Origin: Schizochytrium sp. TIO01
Lineage: Eukaryota > Protista > Bigyra: Labyrinthulomycetes
Direction: 5' to 3'
Assembly (NCBI GenBank): GCA_004764695.1
Contig: SMSO01000037.1
Location: forward strand, 2,580,747-2,644,746
Length of the DNA: 64,000 bases
In this document: positions 12,190-24,987 of the stretch, in pieces
Position numbering within the stretch: the first letter of the stretch is position 1
How the letters are laid out: each line of letters opens with the position of its first letter
Made by a program: the position numbers and the translations under genes
Notes under the pieces: model-generated
Seen by the model: the letters and a program-made list of their open reading frames with translations, nothing else
Databases searched by the model: none
Told to the model about the DNA's origin: nothing

Positions 12190-14731
12190 CGTGTAGATAG
12201 TGCTGTTTCTCGTTACCGGCGCTCTCAAGATCAGAAACTGGGACCTGTGGCGGCTTCCAGGCAAATCTGCAAAGCAGGAGATTGTCCGTACGCAGGATTG
12301 TAGCCTGGCGCTGAAGAGGTTTTGCTTTACCGAGCGTATCTACAGACCTTTGATAATATGTACAGGTTTCGATCGAGGGTTTGTAATACCCACCAGAGCA
12401 TGTGAGGCTTTATTATGGTAGTACCTAAGTCAGAGGCTACCATGAACAATTCTTTCACTCAATAAATACTTGCTTTCAAGACCAACCACAAGGTATTTAA
12501 AATGCTAGTAGGTATATCTTCTCGCACTACTTGAGGGTAGGTAAAAAAAATGTACTGGTCTATAGGAATTGCAATTAATCCTGTTAAGTAGGTTTATATG
12601 TTATTCTGATCTGTATTTGGTAGTTCAACTTGATCATATTATTTCCTGGAATTTTGCAATTGTACAAGCTGAATGTATATCATACTGAAAATACTTATCA
12701 ATAGGCTGTTCACAGTTCCCCACTCCTTTTTATAAGTTCGACGATTTGTAAGTTCAATTACTCATGCACCATGTTTTTTAGTTTTAGTTTTTTTTTTTTT
12801 AATTAAATTAATTTTTTGAATTATGAATGTGATGGGAATTAGTGCATTTTCTTCGTCTATCCTAGGTATTTGAAATAGGCTTCTTGCTTCTTATTAATTA
12901 GCTTTTTTAATGTGCTACAGGATTATGAATATGAAAGAAGCATCTGCAATAATTTCCACCATATTCAAGTTATTTACCTTTCGCTCTCAACATTCAATTA
13001 AAATTATTTGTGTTCAATTAAAAAGAAAAAATTACGCCGCTCTACAATGCACCTACTACCTACTCTAAAAGATAGATGATATTAGATAACAATAATTAAA
13101 ACCCTTTTAAAATCACATTTTATTTCAAAGTTTATGTTATGTACATATAGTCTCACTGATAAAGGTATCATAGCTTTGTCCTGCTTACCTACTACATACT
13201 ACAATAGACCTCATAAGCTTGCAACGAGATTGACGGGATTGCTAGAATAGTTGTATTATCAATTCACGATACCTCTCTTTTAATTTCATATTTTTTCCGT
13301 GAACTTTCCAAGTTAGCCAAGCACTGAATAAGTTATTCTCTAGTCACAGCTGCCTGATATTGCGGAGTGCTAGATTATTCAATATCAGTTTTCTCAAGGA
13401 CATCCTCTAAAATGGAAACTGACAGAGGTTTTTCGTTGAAACCAGTGCAGATTTTTGACTGCCAGGAGTGCTACAACTTGCTGCCTATATAAACTCATAC
13501 CCGCAAATGAAAGGTCTATTTGAACAAATCATGTATTGCATAGCACAGAGGTTTTGCTCAAGCAAATTTTAGGAGGTAGTAGTATATAAAAATTTGCTTC
13601 TATTGGGTTCTGTGTGTAGGACCGCCCAAATCAAAGTCTATACATTATCACTGTTCCACAGTTTACCAGACAGAGCTATGAAGAGTTCAATTGATCATGG
13701 ACTGGGTTGATCACGAGTTTCTTGACTGTTTGTCCTATTGAAGTTGCGTCGTATATGTTTTCTGAAATTTGCACATAAAAAACCAACCACTAATTATTTC
13801 AGAAGTTGGCTTATTCTGAATTGTTGAGAAATGAATGGATGGATTGTAAGGCAAATCTTGTGTACCTTCAGTCACGTTCAATCAATCGTTTGGCCATGAT
13901 CGTAATAATTACTATCAGCATCTGATTTTGTCATGTATACCTCGAATCGCGAAACGATTCCCTAGGTAGACACTGTTGGACGCTTACATTGTAAGAACAA
14001 TGGATACTGGAATACGCATTCCAAAACTCCCAAACCTAACTGGAAAACCACTGCAAAGGAACTAAATGTTGACACTGTTACGAGTCCTGACTCCAAGTCC
14101 TTTCTTCATCATGAAAAAGAAAAATGACGGAGCCAAACTCTCAGGTCCAAGTTTATAAACCCTTGTGTGAGTTCTCTCAAACCCTACAAACATCTTCTTT
14201 TCATCCTACTGATCAGCATCTAGATTATTCAAATACAAGTAATAGCAGCGACATTAGCCTAGTTTTCGTTTTGTGAGAATGTATTGTGGGGTATCAAAAC
14301 GATATGTATTTTATGATAAACGCTTACTGACGACCATAGGTAGGTTAGCGATATCACTGATAGGAATAAAGTAGTTCTACACTATCAAAACAATAGATTC
14401 CCTCTTTTATTCGTACCAGGTTCCAGTTGAGAATACAACCTTTAAAAGCAGCGTACCTTATGTGGTTAAAATGTATAATGACGAAAATATTATACCTGAT
14501 ACTTCAGAAGTAGTTAAAAAAAACTAATTCTTCACAGAATGCACGTTTCGGCTTGGTGCCATATGGAATAATAAAAGCAAAGGATGTATTGATTTTTGTA
14601 TTTATGGCAAAATTATGGTTTCCTTGAATTAAGGTTCGACATAATGGTGATTCAGAAATGTTCAACGTTGCATCGTGAAAATAATGTCAAATATTCTGAG
14701 CATGTCACATGGGGAAAGAGGCAAAGAAGTT

Positions 14732-17158
14732 CTAAACATGACCAGTGGACGCAGGATTAGAAGCTGAGTTTTCAGAGGTACGCGGTTTCAGGTTTACTCT
14801 TTCTTCTGTACTAATGGTTTTAGTTTCTGGAGTAATGCTTTCTACTGGTACATCCTTTAATGAACTTTTCTGTTGTCCTTCATCAACAAAATTCTCCTCC
14901 TGATTGTCTTCACCTGTCCGAACGGAATTCTGAACAGAGAGAGGGGGTGTTAACTCCGAGCTATCCCGGGGTATATTCTCATTTCCTGTTTGATTCTCAG
15001 TTGTTCTGTCAGGTGCAGGTGATAGGTCAAGTTCTATCGAATTACGCAAATCTGAAGTATGATCAGTCATACCTTCACTTGATGATTGCTCTGTAACGAA
15101 AGGGGTCGGTATTGGGGTAGGGTTGTTTGTTGGATTCATTGTTGGATTCATTGTTGGTTTCAGTGTGGGTTTGCTGGTTGGTTTGCGCGTCGGTTTGCTG
15201 GTTGGTTTGCGAGTGGGTCTCGTAGTTGGTTTCAATGTTGGTTTCAATGTTGGTTTATTCGTTGGACGGGCTGTCGGTTCCTCTGTCGGCGAGGGCATAC
15301 TTTTTAAAACAACGAACGCTTGTCGCAACCTAAGAACGTGGACCTTTTTCATTCCAATGTCATATAATTCTGAAACTTCCTGGTCGACGAGGAGTTGAAG
15401 ATCTTCCACAGATTCCACTCCTATTTCAAACAAATTGTCCTCATACTTGGACAAGCGGACCTTCTTAAGAAACGCTGCAAGCTCAGGGTCCACGTGGCCT
15501 TGTTGATCCTCATCTTGACCAGAGTCATCCTGCTGGTTCTGTGACTGATTTACTTGTTCAATATCAATTTTGTTTTGATGCTCGTGACCTTCTCCTGTTA
15601 CTAAAAGTGGATAGTCATGTTCGGCATGGTTTATGTTATCCTGAGTCCACGTCGATTGGTCTTCTTGCTTGGACTCGTCTAACTGATCTTGTCTGTTTGG
15701 AGTTTCAGCATTGAAGTTGCTGTCGCTTCCCACAGGTTGATCAGTTGTTGGCATGGACAATGTTGGCTCCTTGCCTGTTGTCGCAGGATTGTAGACATGT
15801 GGCATTGCAAACGCGGGCGATTCTTCGTGTTTTCCTGTCTCATTTATACTGCCAGTTTCGCTTACTGGTTGATGATCAGCATCTGCGACAGAATCAGTCT
15901 TGGGCAATGAAAGCCCAGTGCCTGTTTTTGCAGGTGGTGGAGCGTCATGTATGTGTGGCATTGGGAAACTTGGAGGCTGTGTCGGTGTCTTTGTTACAGC
16001 AATTGGTGGGTGTTTTGCTGGTGCAGGCTTTCTTAAAGACAAAGTTGGTGACTTACTAGGTGCAGAGGTAGGCTCTGTCAACGGGTATTCAGACTGATGG
16101 GCTTTGGCTAGAGTGCCTTGCTCTGGCGTTGAAATAGGAGTATCTACACTAAAAGCGTCAATGTTTTCAGTTCCCTTTTCAGAGTTGTCTACCTGAGTAA
16201 CATCAATGGTGTTATCTGTGAAGAGTGGCACCGCAGTGAGTGCCCCAATATACATGAAATACATCACAGTTGAGATCCCCACGGCCATAAACAGCACATA
16301 CACAAGTCGCATTCCTCGCGCTCCCTCCAGACACTTGCACACGCTTCTTTTCGAAGCCATCTCTACTAAAAAGGGTGCATAGGTTCGTTTTTGAGATTGG
16401 CCTCGTTTGTGTCTTTCAACAAAAGTCTGGGATCTCGTCGTCTTGATCGGGGGCCAGCTCTCTTCATCCTCGTCTTCCAGCCCCATATCAATCTCAAAAA
16501 TATTCTCCATGCCTTCTGCTGCCTTTGCACCCCTTTTCCATGTGTCATGTGCATCAGGATTTTCATTCATGTTTGACTTTGCACTTCCGCTCCCAGGCTC
16601 GCTGCCAGACCTTGCCGTCCATCTGTCCAAGAGTTCGCGTTCCACCTCCGCGTCGCTCTTGGGAACTTCGAGGTCCCGAAAGGCCTCTGAGATCCTGTCC
16701 TTCTCTATAGAACTATCTCTTCCTGTGTGCGCTCTCAATTTTGCTTCTGCATGGGCCCCGGCAGCCCTTGTGGACCCCGAAATCGATGAATCTGCTGTTG
16801 TCGCGAAAGCTGCTGAAGTCCCAATGCCGGAGGGCACTAAAGAAGTGCCGCAAGAGGCGCCGGAGGACGGCGACAAGGGTGTGGAGCTAGGTACTTGCTC
16901 GCGGGCGCGAAGTTCAGGAGGAACACTTAAAGGGCTGTCTCCTAGGTCCAGCGGCGTCCGCAGAGCGGTGTCGTGGTGCCCGTGGCGGCCTTGGGCCTGG
17001 AGCGACGGCCCCTGTCCATGGCGGGGCTCATGAAGCGAAGAATGAGACGTCTGACGGGAGGGAGCGGCAAAACTACTGGTAATCTCACGGGAGGTGCCAT
17101 CTTCTGATCGGAGACGTAGTGTAAAGGGCCGCCGGCTACCGGAGGCCCGCCGGTCCAT
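14732..17158 (-). CDS. Single-pass membrane protein with Pro/Thr-rich (xPT) repeats and a SAM domain, 808 aa
   Basis: Long ORF; hydrophobic segment [29 protein letters not shown]; SAM-like [32 protein letters not shown]...[15 protein letters not shown]; tetrapeptide KPT/NPT repeats. Confidence 0.8.
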   Translation of the reverse strand: MDRRASGSRRPFTLRLRSEDGTSREITSSFAAPSRQTSHSSLHEPRHGQGPSLQAQGRHGHHDTALRTPLDLGDSPLSVPPELRAREQVPSSTPLSPSSGASCGTSLVPSGIGTSAAFATTADSSISGSTRAAGAHAEAKLRAHTGRDSSIEKDRISEAFRDLEVPKSDAEVERELLDRWTARSGSEPGSGSAKSNMNENPDAHDTWKRGAKAAEGMENIFEIDMGLEDEDEESWPPIKTTRSQTFVERHKRGQSQKRTYAPFLVEMASKRSVCKCLEGARGMRLVYVLFMAVGISTVMYFMYIGALTAVPLFTDNTIDVTQVDNSEKGTENIDAFSVDTPISTPEQGTLAKAHQSEYPLTEPTSAPSKSPTLSLRKPAPAKHPPIAVTKTPTQPPSFPMPHIHDAPPPAKTGTGLSLPKTDSVADADHQPVSETGSINETGKHEESPAFAMPHVYNPATTGKEPTLSMPTTDQPVGSDSNFNAETPNRQDQLDESKQEDQSTWTQDNINHAEHDYPLLVTGEGHEHQNKIDIEQVNQSQNQQDDSGQDEDQQGHVDPELAAFLKKVRLSKYEDNLFEIGVESVEDLQLLVDQEVSELYDIGMKKVHVLRLRQAFVVLKSMPSPTEEPTARPTNKPTLKPTLKPTTRPTRKPTSKPTRKPTSKPTLKPTMNPTMNPTNNPTPIPTPFVTEQSSSEGMTDHTSDLRNSIELDLSPAPDRTTENQTGNENIPRDSSELTPPLSVQNSVRTGEDNQEENFVDEGQQKSSLKDVPVESITPETKTISTEERVNLKPRTSENSASNPASTGHV

Positions 17159-17686
17159 GGTGCCTCATCAAGGTTTGCGGAGAAGCCGGTTTTTCGGAAA
17201 TGCAGCCATCGACTCACGATAAACCCGCAAGGCAGCCTGGAATCCCGCAACTACAGGTGTGTTCTGGAGTCATGACCGAGCTCAAGGTTGCCTTCTTCAA
17301 CGCATGGTGTCGTCGAGAATTTCAAGTTTAGCGTCCAGCATAGGATCCCAGATGACTTTCGATTCTCCCACCAATTTGAAATTCTAGGACTTCATTGTTT
17401 CCTAAAAATCCCAGATATTAGCAAAAAGAGCGCCTGCCGGCTTCGTCCACTCCCATTCTCCGCCCATGCCCAGTCGCCATTGCAGCGCGATAAACAAATG
17501 GTGAGCCTATCTCCATCGCTTCTCTGCGCTCTTCCCCTTCCAGCCAATGCTCCTTTATTTCTGCTTTATCTTCGCCATTTGAAATCCCCAATCAGCGTCA
17601 GCGTCGAGAGCATTTCAAATTTTCAAATCTCGATCTATCTTTCTCAATTCCATGACGACTATCATCATATACCCACCCCCTACTGT

Positions 17687-17687
<1 letters not shown>

Positions 17688-17754
<67 letters not shown>

Positions 17755-17791
17755 TTACTACTACTATTACTACTATTACTACTACTACTAC
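17688..17791. repeat. (TAC)n microsatellite, ~34 units with a few TAT variants
   Basis: Directly visible. Confidence 0.95.
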
Positions 17792-17995
17792 GGGCGCATA
17801 ACTACCCCTAGGTGCCTACCTACCTCTAGGCACCTACTAGGCGGGCCATCGAGTCGAAACAATTTTAATTTCAAAACAAGCCTTCGTTCCTGTTATTTCG
17901 CATTCATTTCCTGAGACCTGTTTAGACGCTCGATTCCTCATCTCCTGCGGAGTCAATCGCCCTTCGTTACTGCTGTTGCCACTGCTACCGACCAG

Positions 17996-17996
<1 letters not shown>

Positions 17997-18034
<38 letters not shown>
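17997..18034. repeat. (CTG)n microsatellite
   Basis: Directly visible. Confidence 0.95.
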
Positions 18035-20229
18035 ACCTTGGAGGTCTGATCGTTTCATTTCTCCGTTTGGATACGGTTGTTTCGTTTTGGCATCTTCCTT
18101 CTCTCAGGCCCTTCCTGGCTTCGCGAGAGCTTGGGAGTGAGTGAGTGCTTCCTTGCGAGTGCTGGCGCCAGGGCCATCTTGAGCTTGGAGGGCCTGCTCC
18201 TGACCGCCCCCGGTCGCGCGATAGTTTTCGCACTCGCAGCAGTAGCAGCAGTATTCGTTTTGGAGGTCATTCATTTTCTTCGTCTTCATTTTTGGAAATG
18301 ACTTAACTCATGATATCCGCAGATGACGTCCACCCACGTCCATCCTTATGGAAACAACGCACAGGCAACGGTCAACACAAGCTCAGAATTGTCAAAGCTG
18401 GTGCTCGTGTGCGCTTTGGTCCAAGCTCATGTCATCCCCAGCGTCCTTTCCACAGTGCCCAAACTCCGCGCAAATGAACCAAATCAATCAGTCCATGAAC
18501 GGTCATCCCACCTTCGTCCCAAAATAACGTACCAATCGGGTACCATTGCATGGCCCTTCAAGGTACCGCATGGGACCCATCGTCTGTGGTAAAAACCCAG
18601 TGACTCTTCGAAGAGCCGTGAACCTGCGGGTCGCGCGGGGGGCTGGCGTACGTCACGGCAGCCAGGCGAGGCCAGGGAGGGCCCCTCGAGGTCCCTTGAT
18701 CGAGCCTGGGGGCTCCTGGGCCAGCCTCGGGCCTTGGTGTCGCACGACGTCCCTTCGCGAGCCTACTCTACTTTTTGGAGCTGGTGGCGTGAGAAGTGGG
18801 CTTTCTTTCCCTGCCTAGCAATTATGAATCGGCGTACCTTCTTAGAGTTCTCATGGATCATTCATTGCATTTCATCATTTTCATCATTTGCAAACTACAT
18901 AGATCGTAGTAGGCACTGCTAGCTACACGCCTAACTACTCTGTCTATCTGTGCGTACAAAGGGGAAAAAGAAAGCTAAGCTTTTGAAGGCCTTCTCCTCC
19001 ATGTCACTTTAGCTAGCTATTACTAAGCAAGCCTAACCACTCGATATGGGGAAAACGACGCGGCTTTTAGTCATAAAAAACAGAAGATGATGATGGAAAA
19101 ATGAAAAATATCATGTACAATAAGAATCAGTGAAAACCCCAACTCCTGTCCCCGCACTCTAGGACTTTAGGGTAGTTCTCGCTAGGAGTCCTGAGGACAC
19201 CCAAGTGAGAGATGGATAAAAGAAATGGGGGTCGAAATGTAGGAACCATAATCAGAAGAACTTGAAGTATGAGATGAAAATCGAAACGGAGCTCTGGCCA
19301 CGCGTTTCTTTTGCAAACATTGTGCTGCTTAAGGAAGACGCGAAGCGCTCCACGACAGGCGTCCAGCTGCCGCTACGCCCGCTCTGGACATGCACGGCTT
19401 CTTTATTTATAAATAAAGTACCTACGACTTCACTGAGAACCCGCATGGCCTATCGGTACACTGGCCTTTTCATTTATTACTACAGAAAAATGAGTGTTTT
19501 TTGTATATATATATATATTTTATTTTTTTTCCCCCGTACTATTTAAAAATAAAATAAAAGCAGTAGTACCATTGACTTTTTGCATTGCATGTAAAGGGGA
19601 GAAGAAAAGAGAACATCAAAAGAGAACATCAAAAGAGAACACCAGACAGAACACGAAGAAACAATTTCTTTCGGTTTTCTTTCTCGTTTCCTGGCTTGTA
19701 GAATTCTTCGCCTTCGAACCCCCCGGATCCGAGCCGCCAGCCTCGAGACCTTGACGCCTTCGAGCCTCCAAGCAAGCTGTCTTGCCTCGGCCCCCTCAAC
19801 CTGTTTGCCTGTTAGCCTGTTTGCTCGCTGGCCTGAAGGCGTGTTTGTCTGGTGTTTTCCTCTCAGTCAATCTCAGAGCCCTCCGGGTTCACTGTATGGG
19901 CGCCAAAACTGAGATTCGGAAACCCAGAACCTCTAAGCGTACGATGTCATTCGTTCATTCATTCATCCAGCCAGCCAGCCAGCCATTTATCCACGGGCGG
20001 CTGCGGCTGCGGCTGCTGCTGCCAAGGCTCCCGCCGCCGCTCGCCGCCTCCGCAAAGGCAGCCTAGCAAGCAAGGCGCAAGCGAGCCGGTGGACCAGCAC
20101 GAGGTGGAGTGCAGCGCATTTCGGCCCTCTCTCTCTTTGCGCTTTGGTCGATGAGTGAGTGAGAGATATTTGAATTTGGCCCTTCGATTCCCTTCTTTCT
20201 CCTCCCTTACTTGCCGTCTCAGTTTCAAA

Positions 20230-20261
<32 letters not shown>

Positions 20262-20290
20262 ATTTATTTATTTATTTATTTATTATTTAA
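20230..20290. repeat. (TAAA)n immediately followed by (TTTA)n: inverted AT-rich microsatellite
   Basis: Directly visible. Confidence 0.9.
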
Positions 20291-20815
20291 AAGTTTAGTT
20301 CAAATTTGAAATTCGCAAACTTCGAACGGTTCGAATGAATTTTTGAATTTCTCGCAGCGCTTTTTCAAATTCGCTCACGACAACTTCGATTTGAACTCGG
20401 TTGAGCTTGCAAATGCAGAACCGTCTGCGCGTTTGGTTACGCGCGGCGCTCGCTCGCTCACTCAGGTACCCATTGCCCACGAAATGCTCCTCTGGCTGGG
20501 AAGGAGGAAGGGCCTTCTCGTTCTAGCACTAACCTCTGCTGCCGAGACGACGACGACGAAGCGGCATTTAACAGATACGCAATCGCTCTCATACGACGGT
20601 CGTGATCGCCGTCGATGAGCGTAGGCTGGCTTCGGGAGGATTTGGAGCGTGGCGATCCCGTCGCTGGCCACGGGATCTGTCGCTCTGGCGCACACGGACT
20701 TGGCCAAGGCGACCAAGTTCATGGATGTCTTTGTTTGATTGATTGTCTGCAGATAGTCAGATAATAGATAGTCAGGAAAAGAGTGTATAAATTGTTCAGA
20801 GTTTGTGATAAATTC

Positions 20816-20875
20816 TTTGTTTGTTTGTTTGTTTAATTGTTTGTTTGTTTGTTTGTTTGTTTGTTTGTTTGTTTG
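20816..20875. repeat. (TTTG)n microsatellite
   Basis: Directly visible. Confidence 0.9.
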
Positions 20876-21947
20876 TCTATTTCTCTCTCTCCTGGAGCCG
20901 CAGAAACTCGCCGGCGAGGGCTCAGTTTCCCTCGAGGCTGGTCCCAGAACCTGGCCAAGCTTGAGAGCGAGCATCCCCTGCGGTGGTGCGTAGGGCGGGA
21001 AGAGGCGGAGCACCTTGCCTTTGCCGCTGCCTGAAACCTGCATCCGCGCCGGCGCTGAGCTTTTCCACTATCATTAGAATCCAATGTTCTTTCTTTGTTT
21101 CGTTTGGCGTTCCTTTCAGGACCTAGCCGGCAGTAGCTATGTCCTATGCGCCTAGGCGTCTATCCACTACTATGGGGTTTGAGAGAAAGCATGTCAATGT
21201 TCTTTCACTGAGGGAATGAATGAATGAATGAGTGAACGAGTGAGTGAGGGAGTGAGGGAGGAGGGAGTGCACGGCGTGGAGTTAAGCGTAAAGTCCACTT
21301 GCCGTTCGGTTTCTCGATTGTAGATGCTCGGGCTCCACAGTAGGCAAAGCCGCCCGCAAGTCGGTTATTATGGCCCTTCGTGCCCAGCGATGTTCGTTCC
21401 TTTGCAAATCAATGCCCTCGAAATTCGAATAGCTTACCCCCCTTGATTACTTTCCTTCTTCTTTGAGTGAGTACTGCATTTCCCTTAGTTAAGTAGTTCT
21501 GTGCGATGACCATGAACTTTTTAGTTTTGTTTGAATCTTTAAAAGAAATGTAGGTGTAGGTGGGCAGTAGGAGCTGCTATGGGGTCAGAGTACTACAACA
21601 AATGCAAACTCAAAACTTTCAAGTTTTATTCTCTTGAGCTAGTTAAAAGATGGAGGTAACAGGGACCAAAGCAGAGCACCGGAGAATCAAAGAGGAAGAA
21701 AGAAGCAGAAGAGGCCAGAAAATAGGCAGCAGTAGACCGGGAAGCACGCGGCGTCCTCAGCAGCTGGGACGCGAAGATTTGGCGGAGCAAGCAGAGGCCG
21801 CGGAGGGCTGTTGTGTGCGAATAACCTCCTTCCGAGGCATAAAGTCTCCCCGCCCCCTCCCCTTCTCCCCCTCCTTCTCTGGGTTTTGAGAGTTGGGTTT
21901 TGACTTTGGGTTTTGAATTTGCAAGTTTGGACGGAATTCGAGGCGCC

Positions 21948-22214
21948 ATGAGCACTTCAAAGTCGCTGAGCTGGGGCCTCGTGACCTTCACAGCCGCAGG
22001 AGTACTGGGCTCGTACGTGGGGTACAAGCACTGGAAGTCAGGCGCCGAGGACCGCGAGGAGCAGGCAGCAGCTCTCAAGGCGCGCCATCAGAAGAAAATC
22101 GATCAGATGAACGCTCGCCGAAGAGAGCTCTTGAATCGCCATCAGAGCAATAAATACCTCGAAGACGCCGGGTCCGGAGGAAACGCTATTTCAGACGCGC
22201 CCACCATGCCTTAG
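21948..22214 (+). CDS. Small single-TM plus coiled-coil protein, 88 aa (hypothetical; PET117-like topology)
   Basis: ATG in GCCATG context; MSTSKSLSWGLVTFTAAGVLGSYVGYKHW followed by a charged helix; coding-like GC content against AT-richer flanks. Confidence 0.6.
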   Translation: MSTSKSLSWGLVTFTAAGVLGSYVGYKHWKSGAEDREEQAAALKARHQKKIDQMNARRRELLNRHQSNKYLEDAGSGGNAISDAPTMP

Positions 22215-23349
22215 GCGGCTCCAGGGACCTCAACTGGGATCTAAATTGAACAAATATGACTCTCCCAGACACATACATGCCTCTATCTTTCCATCCATAT
22301 ATCTATCTGATCTATCTGATTCGTTCCTTCAACGTTTCTATCCAGATCATTGCGTCGCTGTTCATTGCCTTCTTCGTCTGTATGTCTGAGATCTTGTCCA
22401 CTTTCAAGACACTTTGGAGATCTTGATAGCTCGCAAGAAGGAGCAGAAGCAGAAAAGCCTTATAAAAGACCTCTTTGCTGTAGACGCCGGAGTCTTTGTC
22501 TGCACACACATACACAAAGAACCAATGAGCCACGCTCATCTACACAAACCCAAACCCTATTTTGCCAGCCTACATGTTTGACTCTACATCTTTTTCCTGG
22601 CATTGACGGCAAGCAGAGGGGACTCAACTCTACGTTCCAGCCCCCGCCGTACCTACCGTCCAGTTGCCCGAAGAGGGCGCGTAGTATCGATGCGCTCCAT
22701 TTATTTTTTTCAGCCTTTGACTGCTATCGTTTCACCTGCGCGCACATTTCACATGAAGCCAGTCGCGCTGTTTAGCGCATGTAGTCAAATTGAAGGTATG
22801 TATTTAATACAGATATTACATCGCTTGCGACGCCCCGGAGGTGTCAAGTGCCCGTCCTTCTGCAAAGAGAAATTGCCTCGGGGCAGGGCTCTCTTGTCCT
22901 GTTACTATCTCCTAGTGCCCTTTGAAGCCACCCACCACGAGATGGGCGGGGAAGCACTAGACAATACCACCCTCAAAAACACATCAGACCTGCTTAGTTC
23001 CGCGTGCGAGACGTCGCCTTCGTACGGCGGTTTATGTCCTTTTACATTTTACAAAAGTTACATACCAGTTATGTAATTGCGTTCCGTTCCGTCTTACTTG
23101 TGTCCTGCAATCGGCATCCTTCACAGATAAGGATAGACGCCGCAAAGCAGGTATCGCAAGACATAATTCTATCTTAACTTCACATTTCACAGAACACATG
23201 AAACCACAATTTTTTACCTGACTTTTGATTTCCTCTTTTCTAACAGACAATCCTTAAGGAAACTCCAGACGATTTCATATATTTGATTAGGTACCATGAA
23301 CAAAAACCTCTCAAAGCAAAACAACTTCCATGGAAATGACGCAACACAT

Positions 23350-23543
23350 ATTGAGATTAAGCACTCATGTGTCTTAGTATTGGCTCCGCTAAGTTGTCTT
23401 CAACAATAGTATAGGCCAGGTCGTTCGAACCGCCTTGATGATCACAATTGAGATTAAGCACTCATGTAACTTAGTATTGGCTCCGCTAAGTTGTCTTCAA
23501 CAATAGTATAGGTCAGGTCGTTCGAACCGCCTTGATGATCACA
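23350..23543. repeat. 97-bp direct tandem duplication (2 copies, 3 mismatches)
   Basis: ATTGAGATTAAGCACTCATG...CGCCTTGATGATCACA at 23350-23446 and 23447-23543. Confidence 0.95.
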
Positions 23544-23823
23544 AGCTCTTCAACGTTTAGTAATTTATTAATTCTGAATGAAGCCAGAGCTACAAAAGAA
23601 ATCAAATCAAATTGAAAGTAGAAGAAAGTTTATATGATTACGATGTGTCCCGCAAACCACCTGAATAATGAAAGGCCTTTCGTAGGAAATTGAATGGTGA
23701 ACGTTTGTGTGCTCAAGTGAGAACAGCCTTGGGTGGTCGCATACATAGATAAATGAAGAGATTCACAAAATGCGACTCCGATTTGTCAAAACGGAGGAAG
23801 AAAGCTCGATTGTAAGCAATCGC

Positions 23824-24987
23824 TTAGAGCTTAGACTCAGGGTTGAGCAGAACATAGGCGTTGTTGATGCAAATATCACCGGTGGTTTTGTTCTTTGTCT
23901 GGACAATGACCTTGTCGCCCTCCTTCCACATTTCGACCACCAGGGTGTCTCCAGGAAGAACAGGCTTGGCAAAGCGAGCCTTGATGGCACGGAACTTCTC
24001 CGGCTTGCCGTCGCAAAATGCAGCAACAACAGCGCGGGTAGTGATACCCAAGGAGCAAAGACCGTGGAGAATGGGCTTCTTGAAGCCAGACATTTGGGCA
24101 AAGTTAGGTTCAATGTGCAGCGGGTTGTAATCGCCACTGAGACGGTAGATTTGGGCCTGAGCCTCGCTGGTTGGCATGTCCATAGTCACGTCAGGCTTAC
24201 GGTTCGGTACATCAACCTTCTCAGAGTTGGTTGCACCAGAGTCCTTGAAGTTCTTGGCACCGACAAGGAAGGAGCCAGAGACAATACGATACAAAGTCTT
24301 GCCGTTGGCATCCTGTATCAGATCCTCACGCTCCACAGAAGCACCAGATCCGCGCTTGTGTACACCAATAAGGCGAGCCTTGACGGTGAGCTCTCCTCCC
24401 TCAGGGTCAAGGGGCGCAAGCTTCTCGATGAAACGTTCACCATCAAGACCGACCTTGATCCCAGGCAAAGGAGGCATCGGAGGGCCCTCGCCCATAGCCT
24501 CAGAAGGGAAGTCTACAACATCCTGATCTGTGCCCTTGAAGGTCAGTACAATGGGGTAAGTTGGGAAAGCCGCAAAGTCATCATCATGTTCATACGTAAA
24601 GTTCAGGTCCTGGCTGCCAATGCCAACAGCATACAGCAACAAATCACGCTTGTTGTAACTGTCACATGAAAAGCAAAAAGTCAATTCCTTCCCCAAAAGA
24701 ATGTATGGTCAACATCGACACAAATAACGACAAGATGAATCAATCAGACAGACAACACATAGAGCAGAATCATGGTAGGAATTCAAGCAATCCCGCGTTA
24801 GTAAAAAGTTCAGTGGTTTAAGAACAAGAGCAGCCAAGCTAGGCCTTACGCTCTGAGAGCCAAATCATGCACACGAATGCACAGAGATGGTTTCGTATAT
24901 TGCGAACATATGAACTTACGCAACCTTCTGCTCAGTCCACTTGTTGAGGAATGGCTCCGTCTCCACAATCTCGTTGTCACCTCCCAT
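23824..24987 (-). CDS. ECH2: Peroxisomal enoyl-CoA hydratase 2 (MaoC-like double hot-dog), 2 exons
   Basis: Exon 1 24920-24987 (MGGDNEIVETEPFLNKWTEQKV) splices GTAAGT...GACAG (phase 2) to exon 2 23824-24658. Hydratase-2 motif YRLSGDYNPLHIEP...PILHGLCSLG; C-terminal PTS1 SKL. Confidence 0.92.

Noticed and set aside
4552-12421. Many short ORFs in the track across the LRR region
   Set aside because: They are antisense or read-through fragments of LRR exons and introns. The SLGGNKVG stretch at ~4555-4580 lacks splice sites and was not counted as a cassette.
17288-18058. Poly-Tyr and poly-Ser ORFs
   Set aside because: By-products of the (TAC)n and (CTG)n microsatellites.
23770-24669. 299-aa plus-strand ORF
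   Set aside because: Antisense shadow of the codon-biased ECH2 gene; no motifs.
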